Notes under the pieces: model-generated
Database searches by the model: none
The model's input: the letters and a program-made list of their open reading frames with translations, nothing else
What the model was told of the DNA's origin: nothing
Assembly: GCA_963721805.1 (NCBI GenBank)
Contig: CAVRJY010000002.1
Span: 288,001-352,000, forward strand
Origin: Nitrospirota bacterium
GTDB taxonomy: Bacteria; Nitrospirota; Thermodesulfovibrionia; Thermodesulfovibrionales; JdFR-86
Direction of reading: 5' to 3'
DNA: 64,000 nucleotides
Made by a program: the position numbers and the translations under genes
Shown here: piece after piece, positions 39,389 to 47,389 of the stretch
Layout: each line of letters opens with the position of its first letter
Numbering within the stretch: position 1 is the first letter of the stretch

Positions 39389-39600
39389 TTGCGGAGCCGG
39401 GCAAGCTCCTTAAGCATGTCCGCCTCGCCGATGCCTTCCTTAGCCGCCAGCCATCTTAGGTATGTGCGGCTCTTCTGCGCGTAGGACTTCCTGAGAGCGG
39501 ACGTGATGGCCTCGGAAGTGTCCGAGAATATGCCAAGCTTCACTTCCTCCGAGATGTTCTTGTAAACGCTGTCGGGAATCTCAGCCGTCACCTTAGCCAC
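39385..39600 (-). CDS. Putative ribbon-helix-helix antitoxin
   Basis: GGAGG RBS; KVTAEIPD..G.FSDTSEAI; overlaps PIN gene. Confidence 0.8.
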   Translation of the reverse strand: MAKVTAEIPDSVYKNISEEVKLGIFSDTSEAITSALRKSYAQKSRTYLRWLAAKEGIGEADMLKELARLRK

Positions 39601-39943
39601 GAGACCACCTCCTTCAAGTTCAATGATAAATTATAACATGGCACCGGATTAAGGGGCGAAAGAGCTTTGGCGTGTTGAAATGAAACAGGCTAAATGGATG
39701 GATTTGTAGAATAATAATCAGGCAAAATATGCTGGATTATAATAATCAACTCAGATATAAACAATCCTGAAATATGTTAATTGACTTCCCACCCAGCGAA
39801 CCCACCAACGATGCCGGTATGATAGCCGCAACTCGCCTCAAGGTCAATCAGTGGCAGCAAGAGAATCGGGGTAACAGGAAAATCTTGACCCTGAGACTCG
39901 TAAGCGGCTATCATACCGGACAACGTCCTATATGGAGCTGTAA

Positions 39944-40588
39944 ATGCTATACGGAGAACAATATCCAGAGCTTGAGGCGCTGGTCAAAGGGAGCAGTTAT
40001 CGCCAGTTATTCGATATGTTATATACCCTTGCCCTTGTCAGATACGCCACGCCGGAGCACATGCGGGCTGTAAACTTCAAACTCGGCACCAGTGGAAAAT
40101 TAGAGAAAATAACGGAAAAAGGCTACATCAGCTTTACAGGTGGTACATTCTACACGATAACCGATAAAGGCTTGGTATTACTAGAAAAGAACGGCTACAA
40201 CACTAAAATCATCAAGCGAAAGCTTACAGGTGAGATGAAGGAGCACCAAGCTGTAATCACATCTGTAATCCTCACTCTGATGAAGGACCCGCAGTTTTTC
40301 ACCGTCTTCTACCCGCAGTTCAAACACGAGGGTGAACAGGCTGCGTTCCTCATCCCGGATGCCGCCGTCGTCTTCAAGGACGGTAACAAAGCTAAGCTGG
40401 TGTTTCTTGAGGTCGAGCTGTCGGATAAACCAAATAACTATCTTGATAATAAACGGCGGAATTATTTAGAATTGGGTAGCTTGTATTGGTTTTACGACAA
40501 GTGGTGGAGGAGCTATGCTCAGAAGCTCGGGATTGGTCTGTGTAAACCGGAGGAGTTCTGTTTTTCAACTCAATATGTAACAGAATAA
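39944..40588 (+). CDS. Replication-relaxation-like protein (wHTH plus PD-(D/E)xK)
   Basis: YTITDKG wHTH, EH, LIPDA, VFLEVELS; upstream of a VirD4-like gene. Confidence 0.65.
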   Translation: MLYGEQYPELEALVKGSSYRQLFDMLYTLALVRYATPEHMRAVNFKLGTSGKLEKITEKGYISFTGGTFYTITDKGLVLLEKNGYNTKIIKRKLTGEMKEHQAVITSVILTLMKDPQFFTVFYPQFKHEGEQAAFLIPDAAVVFKDGNKAKLVFLEVELSDKPNNYLDNKRRNYLELGSLYWFYDKWWRSYAQKLGIGLCKPEEFCFSTQYVTE

Positions 40589-40593
40589 CCACC

Positions 40594-41124
40594 ATGGATA
40601 AATTATGGCATACACACAGTTTAAGAGGAATAAATGAAATAGCTCGGCAACCTATTGAGAACCCTCGTGCTTTTCTGCCAATTCTTCTGCCAATTCTTCT
40701 GCCGGATTTTCTGCCGGAAAAAATAGTCAGGGATATAAAAAAAGAAGCTAAAGATCGCAGGTTAGGCATCTTTGAAGCTTATAAATATAGGCAGGGTAGG
40801 TATCATGAAGAAGAAAGGAGACTATACGAAGAATACGGAGAAAAAGTACAAGATAACTTAAAAATGCGATCAATACTTTATAATATAATTTGTCCTCAAT
40901 GTCTTAAATCAGCCCCAATAGAAAAAATTGAAGTGACATGTCCATTTTGTGAGAAGGTGCATACACAACAAGGTGACGGTGGATTTTATATGGCACAAAT
41001 GCTTTATGATCATTGCACATGTGGCAGCATGATTCGATATATTCAATGCATCCATTGCGAAACTGATATTGACTTGTTCGCTTTTTATGATTATGAAGCC
41101 TTGGAGCGGCGCAGATATGAGTAA
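40594..41124 (+). CDS. Cys-rich (zinc ribbon) hypothetical protein
   Basis: CPQC, CPFC, CTC, CIHC. Confidence 0.7.
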   Translation: MDKLWHTHSLRGINEIARQPIENPRAFLPILLPILLPDFLPEKIVRDIKKEAKDRRLGIFEAYKYRQGRYHEEERRLYEEYGEKVQDNLKMRSILYNIICPQCLKSAPIEKIEVTCPFCEKVHTQQGDGGFYMAQMLYDHCTCGSMIRYIQCIHCETDIDLFAFYDYEALERRRYE

Positions 41125-41932
41125 GAAATTTGTTGCAAAAACGACTAAGGTTAAGCATGAGGGTATTGTCCCGCTTGCTTCAAAGATGTCGAAGCATAAT
41201 ATCAAAGCAGCAATCGCGCCTGTTTTTAATCTGGATGAACTTAATGTAGTTGAACTGTGTAATCAGTTGAAAAATGAATTAAATGATCGCTCAGAGCCTT
41301 GGTTTCTATTTACAAGTGCAAGAAGAAATCAAAAGCTTTCGTTAAAGCGGGAACGAATTGAGATACTTCAAAGAACGGTTGAAAGCATGATAAGCGTCAA
41401 TGCATCCTTGGCAAAGGCAAGGGCGGACATGCTTCTTTCACAGGCCGTTACCGAAAGCATTATCAATAACCATTTTATTGAGCAAGCTTTATTGGATGAG
41501 CTAAGGCAGAGAGAGCATGTGGATAAGCTCCAGTCTGTTGATGACACAGCACGCGAAAGGCTTGTGCGGTTAGAATCTATTGAGATAGCTAATTTGCAGG
41601 CCAGAGCTGAAATCAATGCATTAGAAGCCAAGACAAAGGGTGAGCATGCCAAGGCTGATTTAATTAGAAATGTCGTTGATAGTATCAATCTAAAAGACTT
41701 GCCCCAGATTTTACAGACGTATGTTATTACGTCAGTTATAAATCCCAGCGGCAATGCCACAGTCGGAGACTTGGAATTGCAGTCTGAATTGCGGGAATTC
41801 GTAACGAAAGAGGCTGCTGCCAAGGCAAGATTATTAAACGCTCAGGCAGATCAGAGTCAAAGCCAAGCCGCCATAAGCAAGGCCACGGCTGTTGATACAG
41901 TTCGTAAAATGAGATCAAGAAAGCGTGATTGA
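41117..41932 (+). CDS. Coiled-coil hypothetical protein
   Basis: Ala/Glu/Lys-rich helical ORF overlapping both neighbours. Confidence 0.75.
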   Translation: MSKKFVAKTTKVKHEGIVPLASKMSKHNIKAAIAPVFNLDELNVVELCNQLKNELNDRSEPWFLFTSARRNQKLSLKRERIEILQRTVESMISVNASLAKARADMLLSQAVTESIINNHFIEQALLDELRQREHVDKLQSVDDTARERLVRLESIEIANLQARAEINALEAKTKGEHAKADLIRNVVDSINLKDLPQILQTYVITSVINPSGNATVGDLELQSELREFVTKEAAAKARLLNAQADQSQSQAAISKATAVDTVRKMRSRKRD

Positions 41933-43115
41933 TCTTGGCCTTGCCTTGGTAGCCGAGCAAGGCCCATGTTTTCTCTCAATAGATGATCTCTTTAAACATA
42001 CCTATATAGTCGGGAAAACCGGCACCGGCAAGTCCACCTTCATGCTCAACCTTGCCCTGGAGGTTATACACGAGGGCTGGGCCTGCATCTTTATCGAACC
42101 CAAGGGCAGCGTTATCGCCGCGCTTAACAGCCTGACAGATAAAGATCGTGTGGTTAAAGTATCCATAGATCATCCTGTTACGATTAACCCGCTTAGAAAG
42201 AAAGGCCGTCACATTAATGACCTGATTTCCGAGTTCGGGGAAGTGCTCGACATCCTCGTGAAGCAGACAAGCTCCAACCCGGAGTTGACTGTTATGATGA
42301 AGGAAATTGTGACACAGGCGATTCTATGCTTCGATGAGAAGCAACGGAATCTCGATTACCTTTATGAATTTCTGAGAAGCCCGCATATCAGGGAAAAACA
42401 TTTTGAGAATAGGGACCGTCCGCAATACTGGAAGGATGTTGCACTTGATCCGCGCACAAGGAAGCCCAATATGGCGATGTTTCAAGAAAGCGCCACGAGA
42501 CTGGCTACCCGACTTGCGGGTATGGTTTCCGATCCAAGAATAAAGAAGATCGTGTGCGGTGAAAATGAACTGGACATAGGACAGATTGCAGAACAAAAGA
42601 AAGTCCTATTGGCCGACACATCGATGATGACTTTTGATAACAGAGTTTACATTACGTCGCTGATCGCCCATTATGTAAAAAGCTATGTTGAGTTTGAACG
42701 TAGAAAGCATCCGCTCATTGTTTTCATCGACGAATTCCAGACCGCCATCAGCCCAGTCTTCTCGCACTTATTAGCTTTGGCTAGAGGGTATAAGGTGGGG
42801 TTTGTGCTGGCACATCAGGAATTCGGACAGATAGACAAGACTGTATTGAAATCAGTCTTAGGCAATGCCAATACGATAGTGTGTTTCACTGTCGGATATG
42901 ACGAGGCTGACAGGATGCGGCACGAGTATGCCAGTGGCGTGAAGGCAGATGATTTTATTCAATTAGGTGACTATGAAGCACTGATTAAAATAAAGAACAA
43001 GGTCCATAGGGTGATGACGTTCCCGCCGCCTGATATGCCTGAGCCTGCTGAAGAGGAGTTGCCCCCTGAACGCAAAGCATGGAACTTTATGCGAGAGGGC
43101 TGGTTTCAATGTTGA
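41925..43115 (+). CDS. Second VirD4/TraD-like coupling ATPase
   Basis: HTYIVGKTGTGKS, IEPKG, FIDEFQ, ARGYKVGFVLAHQ, LGNANT. Confidence 0.9.
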   Translation: MIDLGLALVAEQGPCFLSIDDLFKHTYIVGKTGTGKSTFMLNLALEVIHEGWACIFIEPKGSVIAALNSLTDKDRVVKVSIDHPVTINPLRKKGRHINDLISEFGEVLDILVKQTSSNPELTVMMKEIVTQAILCFDEKQRNLDYLYEFLRSPHIREKHFENRDRPQYWKDVALDPRTRKPNMAMFQESATRLATRLAGMVSDPRIKKIVCGENELDIGQIAEQKKVLLADTSMMTFDNRVYITSLIAHYVKSYVEFERRKHPLIVFIDEFQTAISPVFSHLLALARGYKVGFVLAHQEFGQIDKTVLKSVLGNANTIVCFTVGYDEADRMRHEYASGVKADDFIQLGDYEALIKIKNKVHRVMTFPPPDMPEPAEEELPPERKAWNFMREGWFQC

Positions 43116-43792
43116 TGCCCATACGTCTTTATCTCTCCTGTTTCGGCATCCTGTCCGATAATTTCCGACCTGCGCATAGCGGTTCCCGGCAGGTAATCGT
43201 CAATGGAATAGAGCGGTTTGAGGGAGTGCGCTGAATACTCTAGGGTCTTGAAGAGGTAGCCGAAGAAAGTCCCCGTATACCGATACCTTCGGATGCACCC
43301 CTCGATGGCCCTGTTTATCTCACTCTCGGCACCGCGCCATCGGTAAAGCAGAAAATAGCGGTCAATCCACTCGTCCACCGTGTAGCGGAGAAAATCGACA
43401 AGCCCCCGCATTGCCAGCACGTTCCCTTTTTGGGCGAGACGGACGAAGGCGACTGTCATCCTGTGTCGCACTTGCTGCTCCTTTTCGTCTGAGACGGCAA
43501 TGAACAAATAGAGCGTGTTACGGTGTTTTTCCATAATCTTCTCAAGTTCGTGTGGGTCTTCGTATTCCTTACGATATTTGCGCCGATAATGCGTCCAGCG
43601 TTTCTGGTAGCGCCGGGGGAGTGCAATCGTAACCCTATCCCAGTCGATCTGTCCGATTTCCGTCCTGACGTTCTTCCGAATAAAGCGATATGCGGCAGGC
43701 GCGTGTTTCGCAACCCATGAGCCGCCGAAAGCTTGAGGGTTTTCCGCGCGCAACTTACGTCTTAGCAGCCTCATACACGCCGAGAAGTCCAT
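43106..43792 (-). CDS. Hypothetical protein, possibly remote sigma-factor region 2-like
   Basis: 228-aa ORF; LAQKGN.LA, IRRYRY..TFFGY. Confidence 0.65.
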   Translation of the reverse strand: MDFSACMRLLRRKLRAENPQAFGGSWVAKHAPAAYRFIRKNVRTEIGQIDWDRVTIALPRRYQKRWTHYRRKYRKEYEDPHELEKIMEKHRNTLYLFIAVSDEKEQQVRHRMTVAFVRLAQKGNVLAMRGLVDFLRYTVDEWIDRYFLLYRWRGAESEINRAIEGCIRRYRYTGTFFGYLFKTLEYSAHSLKPLYSIDDYLPGTAMRRSEIIGQDAETGEIKTYGHQH

Positions 43793-43870
43793 GTCATCAT
43801 CGATAGAAGTTAATGGATTATCTCATATCGTAAATACCGGGTGTATTTTTCAAGTCGAGTAGTAAATTAG

Positions 43871-43917
43871 TCCCCTGCGTTTATCCCCTGCGTTTCTGGG
43901 GAAGATTTGGAGAAAGT
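43871..43917. repeat. Right-end repeats of island 1
   Basis: TCCCCTGCGTTT twice (43871, 43884) then TGGGGAAGAT/TGGAGAAAGT. Confidence 0.7.
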
Positions 43918-44032
43918 TTATCGTATTTTTTGTGGAAAATCGTCTTTTTTTGGGTTTTATCTTCCACCCGTTTTATCTTTAAAAATCAGTAAGTTATTGT
44001 CTTTTTGAAAAAACTTAAAAAATGTGTTTTCC

Positions 44033-44087
44033 GACTTAAAATCCCTCGGGGGCAACCCTGTACCGGTTCGATCCCGGTCTCCGGTAC
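44033..44087 (+). repeat. Right att of island 1: displaced 3' half of tRNA-Leu
   Basis: GACTTAAAATCCCTCGGGGGCAACCCTGTACCGGTTCGATCCCGGTCTCCGGTAC. Confidence 0.95.
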
Positions 44088-44162
44088 TTTCCCTCAAACA
44101 TGCCTGAGACAGCTCATCGCCTTGACAAAACAGGGGGCATTCGGGTTAAATGTTAAGCCCAA

Positions 44163-44234
44163 AGGCGCGTAGCTCAGTGGGAGAGCGCTACCTTGACACG
44201 GTAGAGGTCGGGGGTTCGATACCCCCCGCGCCTA
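44163..44234 (+). tRNA. tRNA-Val(GAC), left att of island 2; CCA not encoded
   Basis: AGGCGCG..CTACC-TTGACAC-GGTAG..GTTCGAT..CGCGCCTA. Confidence 0.95.
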
Positions 44235-44251
44235 TGTTTAAAATCAAGGGG

Positions 44252-45331
44252 TTAGCCATTAACGGCTAACCCTTTTTCATTGGGATTGTATAGTTTTTGT
44301 ATAGTAGGCCGCCCGTTCAAGGTATTGTCCAGCATATCAATAGCCTTGACCTTATGGGCCGGGGCGAGGTGGGAATAGCGGAGGGTCATGGTGAGGGTCT
44401 TATGTCCGAGCAGTTCCTTTACAGTCGTAAGGTCTACCCCGGACATAACGAGGTGTGATGCAAACGTATGCCTCAGGTCGTGAAAATGGAAGTCCTGAAT
44501 CTTTACCCGCTTTAAAGCCGTCTGAAAACTCCTCTTTACCGCCTGATAGGGTTTCCCGGTGTTAGGGTCGTAAAACACATAAGGAACGTCTAACCGCCTT
44601 GTGAGGCCCTGTAGCGTTGCACGGAGAGTGTCGGTTATCGGTATCTCCCGGCGATCCCCGTTTTTGGTTACATCCAGAAGAATAAACCCATGCCTGAGGT
44701 CTACCCTGTCCCATGTGAGCGAAAGGATTTCTCCGCGCCTCATGCCCGTGTTCAAGGCGGTAATGACTATCGGTTGAACATGAACGCTACATGCGCTTAT
44801 AAGCTCCCGGCATTCCTCTACCGATAGATACCTTAGCCGTCTGCTATCATCTCTGAGGAGCTTCACCTTGCGAATGCGCTTCAAGGTCTCGGCTTCAACC
44901 ATCTCCCAATCAACCGCCTTGGAAAACATATGCTTTAGGACATTCAAGACCTTGTTGTTGCTCGATGCTTTAAGGCCCCGGTTGATATTGTCCGTCTGCA
45001 ACTGTTCAACAAGCGATGTGCTGAATCTTCTAAGAGGCAGATTCCCATAAGCCTTAATCAGTTGGCCTATGATGTATCCCTTGATTTTGGCTGACTTCTG
45101 CCTGCCTTGAATCCATGCGTTATACTTCTCGGCAAGTTCGCCAAAAGCATGTTTTGCTATCCTCTTTTCTTCCGGTTGATTGCCGTCCTTTATACCTTGT
45201 TTTCTCTTTAAAAGCAGGGTTTCTGCGTCCCGGACTTTTGGAGAGCCTGAGGACTCATAAACCGTTTTACCATCAAGCCCGGCATAGCGTACCCAGAGGA
45301 CATTGCCGCGCTTATAAATTCCCTTTGCCAC
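44252..45331 (-). CDS. Tyrosine integrase of island 2
   Basis: TGMRRGEI, TKNG, HDLRHTFAS, LGHKTLTMTLRY. Confidence 0.96.
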   Translation of the reverse strand: MAKGIYKRGNVLWVRYAGLDGKTVYESSGSPKVRDAETLLLKRKQGIKDGNQPEEKRIAKHAFGELAEKYNAWIQGRQKSAKIKGYIIGQLIKAYGNLPLRRFSTSLVEQLQTDNINRGLKASSNNKVLNVLKHMFSKAVDWEMVEAETLKRIRKVKLLRDDSRRLRYLSVEECRELISACSVHVQPIVITALNTGMRRGEILSLTWDRVDLRHGFILLDVTKNGDRREIPITDTLRATLQGLTRRLDVPYVFYDPNTGKPYQAVKRSFQTALKRVKIQDFHFHDLRHTFASHLVMSGVDLTTVKELLGHKTLTMTLRYSHLAPAHKVKAIDMLDNTLNGRPTIQKLYNPNEKGLAVNG

Positions 45332-45530
45332 CTTTTACCTTCCTTTCCTTTTCTTTTTCGCGTTCGATGTAGTCAAGCAAAAGACATAAAGTATCGCTCG
45401 GTGTCTTCACCCCCTTTTCAAGCATCCAGACGTAATTGCCAGTTACGCCTATCCGCGCCGCAAAATCTACTTGCGAGAGCCTAAGCCCTTTTCTTAGTGA
45501 TTTAATCTCTTCTGGCTTCCACGTTTCCAT
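45312..45530 (-). CDS. XRE-family HTH protein
   Basis: IKSLRKGLRLSQVDFAARIGV..VWMLEKG. Confidence 0.88.
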   Translation of the reverse strand: METWKPEEIKSLRKGLRLSQVDFAARIGVTGNYVWMLEKGVKTPSDTLCLLLDYIEREKEKERKVKGGKGNL

Positions 45531-45640
45531 TGCCTTAGATTATACTCTAACTGAGTTAGAAAAGCAAATAGTATACAATTCACTATACAGGCCCTTGTAA
45601 CATGTTGATATTACAATTGTTTTCAGGGCTATCACTTCCT

Positions 45641-45928
45641 TTATACAGTAGTGGCCGGTATCTTGTAGCCGGACATCCATTTATCAATATCCTTACGGCT
45701 GAATCGTAACTGGCCCTTTATCTTGTAATGCGGTATCTCCTTGAATTGGACATGCTCATAAATCCACTTCTTTGAAACCTTGAGATACTCAGCAAGGCCC
45801 CGGACATCGAATATTGTATCCCCGGCCTCGTTCACGCCATTGCGGACAAGCGCGGGTCTAAGAATTTCGGCAACCCTTGAGGCTATGGCTTCAATGTCCT
45901 GAGGTTCAAGCTCAGTCTTCACATTCAC
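45641..45928 (-). CDS. Excisionase-family HTH protein
   Basis: FDVRGLAEYLKVSKKWIY..IPHYKI..LRFSRKDIDKW. Confidence 0.9.
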   Translation of the reverse strand: MNVKTELEPQDIEAIASRVAEILRPALVRNGVNEAGDTIFDVRGLAEYLKVSKKWIYEHVQFKEIPHYKIKGQLRFSRKDIDKWMSGYKIPATTV

Positions 45929-46118
45929 TTGGATGCGTCCCCTCTTTGCTCACAAGAACACCTGCCCACGGTTTACCCGGAGGCATGGCTGTGACAGTCA
46001 CATACTTTTGTTTTTCGCCTCCATCGTAAGAGCCAAAATAGCGAGTAATCCTCAAATACATTAGCTCGCCGCCGATGTTGCCTTCAAGCGCTCTTAATCT
46101 TCTCTGTATACCCCTCAT
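45912..46118 (-). CDS. Small hypothetical protein (MRGIQRRL paralog 3)
   Basis: N-terminal motif shared with two upstream ORFs. Confidence 0.7.
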   Translation of the reverse strand: MRGIQRRLRALEGNIGGELMYLRITRYFGSYDGGEKQKYVTVTAMPPGKPWAGVLVSKEGTHPSECED

Positions 46119-46123
46119 TTGAT

Positions 46124-46345
46124 TTAACATTTAAAGCTCTCAAACTCAGATTCGTTGACTATTTCAGTTCTGCCATTGCTGATAATAAGAAACTTCTTAA
46201 TCACCTCATTTGGTATTTCTTGATCTGTGGAATCTTCATTAACTCTGGCACCTCTACGAACTATGGTTCTTACTAAACATATTTTGTATTTCTTGATACC
46301 CGTTCGCTTCTCAAGCTCTTTTAATCGTTTTTCGATGCTTCTCAT
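46124..46345 (-). CDS. Small hypothetical protein (MRSIEKRL paralog 2)
   Basis: Shared motif; ATGA coupling. Confidence 0.75.
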   Translation of the reverse strand: MRSIEKRLKELEKRTGIKKYKICLVRTIVRRGARVNEDSTDQEIPNEVIKKFLIISNGRTEIVNESEFESFKC

Positions 46346-46566
46346 TTGCTGTCACCTTTAGTATCCTGAAACTCAGTTTCACTGATTTGTTCACCCCTAC
46401 CTTTGCGGAAAACATACTCTTTCACAATATGTTCACTCACTTGCAAGGGTTGTCCTGCTGATCTTGCACCTCCACGTACGATTTCAAGCTCTAAAGTGAG
46501 CGTGTACTCCTTGCCGACACCTAAATGCTCCTCAACCTTTTTAAGCCGCTTTTGTATACCCCTCAT
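46342..46566 (-). CDS. Small hypothetical protein (MRGIQKRL paralog 1)
   Basis: Shared motif; ATGA coupling. Confidence 0.75.
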   Translation of the reverse strand: MRGIQKRLKKVEEHLGVGKEYTLTLELEIVRGGARSAGQPLQVSEHIVKEYVFRKGRGEQISETEFQDTKGDSK

Positions 46567-46937
46567 TTGCTTACCCCCTTTTCCAGCTTTAACAGCCGCT
46601 CCTCTATGTCCTCAAGCTCTTTCAGCTTCAAGGTGTTGTCGAGGATCAGCGCTATGGTCTTCAGCCGTATGCTCTCGTTCTCCGTCCCCCTGAGCAATTC
46701 TCCCAGCTTGAGCACGGCATCAGAGGACAGGCCCTTTAGCTCTTTCAGCGCGGTCTCTATTAGGTCGTTCTGTTGGGCGATAAACTCACGCCTGAAAAAG
46801 TCATCCTTCATCCAGTCATAGAAAAGGGTTTTGGAGATACCAGCCTGCTTAACCCCCTCGGTAATAGTCCGGGCAGAAATGATTGCCGGGATGCACTTTT
46901 TCTGCTTGGGAGTCAGGTTTTGTTCAGTTCCGTCCAT
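46563..46937 (-). CDS. HTH protein resembling phage small-terminase N-termini
   Basis: LTPKQKKCI..TITEG..AGISKTLFYDWMKDDFF; GGAGG RBS. Confidence 0.7.
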   Translation of the reverse strand: MDGTEQNLTPKQKKCIPAIISARTITEGVKQAGISKTLFYDWMKDDFFRREFIAQQNDLIETALKELKGLSSDAVLKLGELLRGTENESIRLKTIALILDNTLKLKELEDIEERLLKLEKGVSK

Positions 46938-47313
46938 TATTGGCCTCCATGGGGTAAGGATTCGTCATATCACATAGCTGCCGTGTATCGACAACCTTTG
47001 AGCCGGGGAATGCCGTCTTGGTCGCGTGTACGGCCCTCAGAGCCTCTTTTGACAGCCCCTTGAGCCTCTGCACCTCAGCCGCCGTATATATCGGGTCATC
47101 GATGTCACCAGACGCCATGAGCGCAACAGCCGCCCGGTCATCAGGCACATGCCATAGGTAATCATCAAACAGGGACGAGTATATCCGCCATGCGCCGCGC
47201 TCCGGTCTTGTCGACGTTGTCAATGCTTTTTGTGCTTTGTGAATATCAACAACAGGGGGAATTGCCTCTGTTGGTTTAAGTTCTCTGTTAAGGTATTTCT
47301 CTGCTAATCTCAT
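46924..47313 (-). CDS. Hypothetical protein downstream of primase
   Basis: AGGAG RBS; 129-aa ORF. Confidence 0.7.
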   Translation of the reverse strand: MRLAEKYLNRELKPTEAIPPVVDIHKAQKALTTSTRPERGAWRIYSSLFDDYLWHVPDDRAAVALMASGDIDDPIYTAAEVQRLKGLSKEALRAVHATKTAFPGSKVVDTRQLCDMTNPYPMEANNGRN

Positions 47314-47332
47314 TTTCTAACTCCTAAGATTT

Positions 47333-47389
47333 CATTGACAGCATTGACAACCCCCCATGCCTTAATTAGCTCTGTCAATGTTGTCAATG
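47333..47389. repeat. Iteron-like inverted repeats, candidate origin of island 2
   Basis: CATTGACA-g-CATTGACA, 23 nt, TGTCAATG-t-TGTCAATG. Confidence 0.7.

Larger units (their letters stand above)
13410..44087. mobile_element. Island 1: about 30.7-kb integrative element in tRNA-Leu
   Basis: 55-bp direct repeat of the tRNA 3' half (13410-13464 vs 44033-44087, 3 mismatches); adjacent tyrosine integrase; arm-type repeats at both ends; visibly lower GC. Confidence 0.95.
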
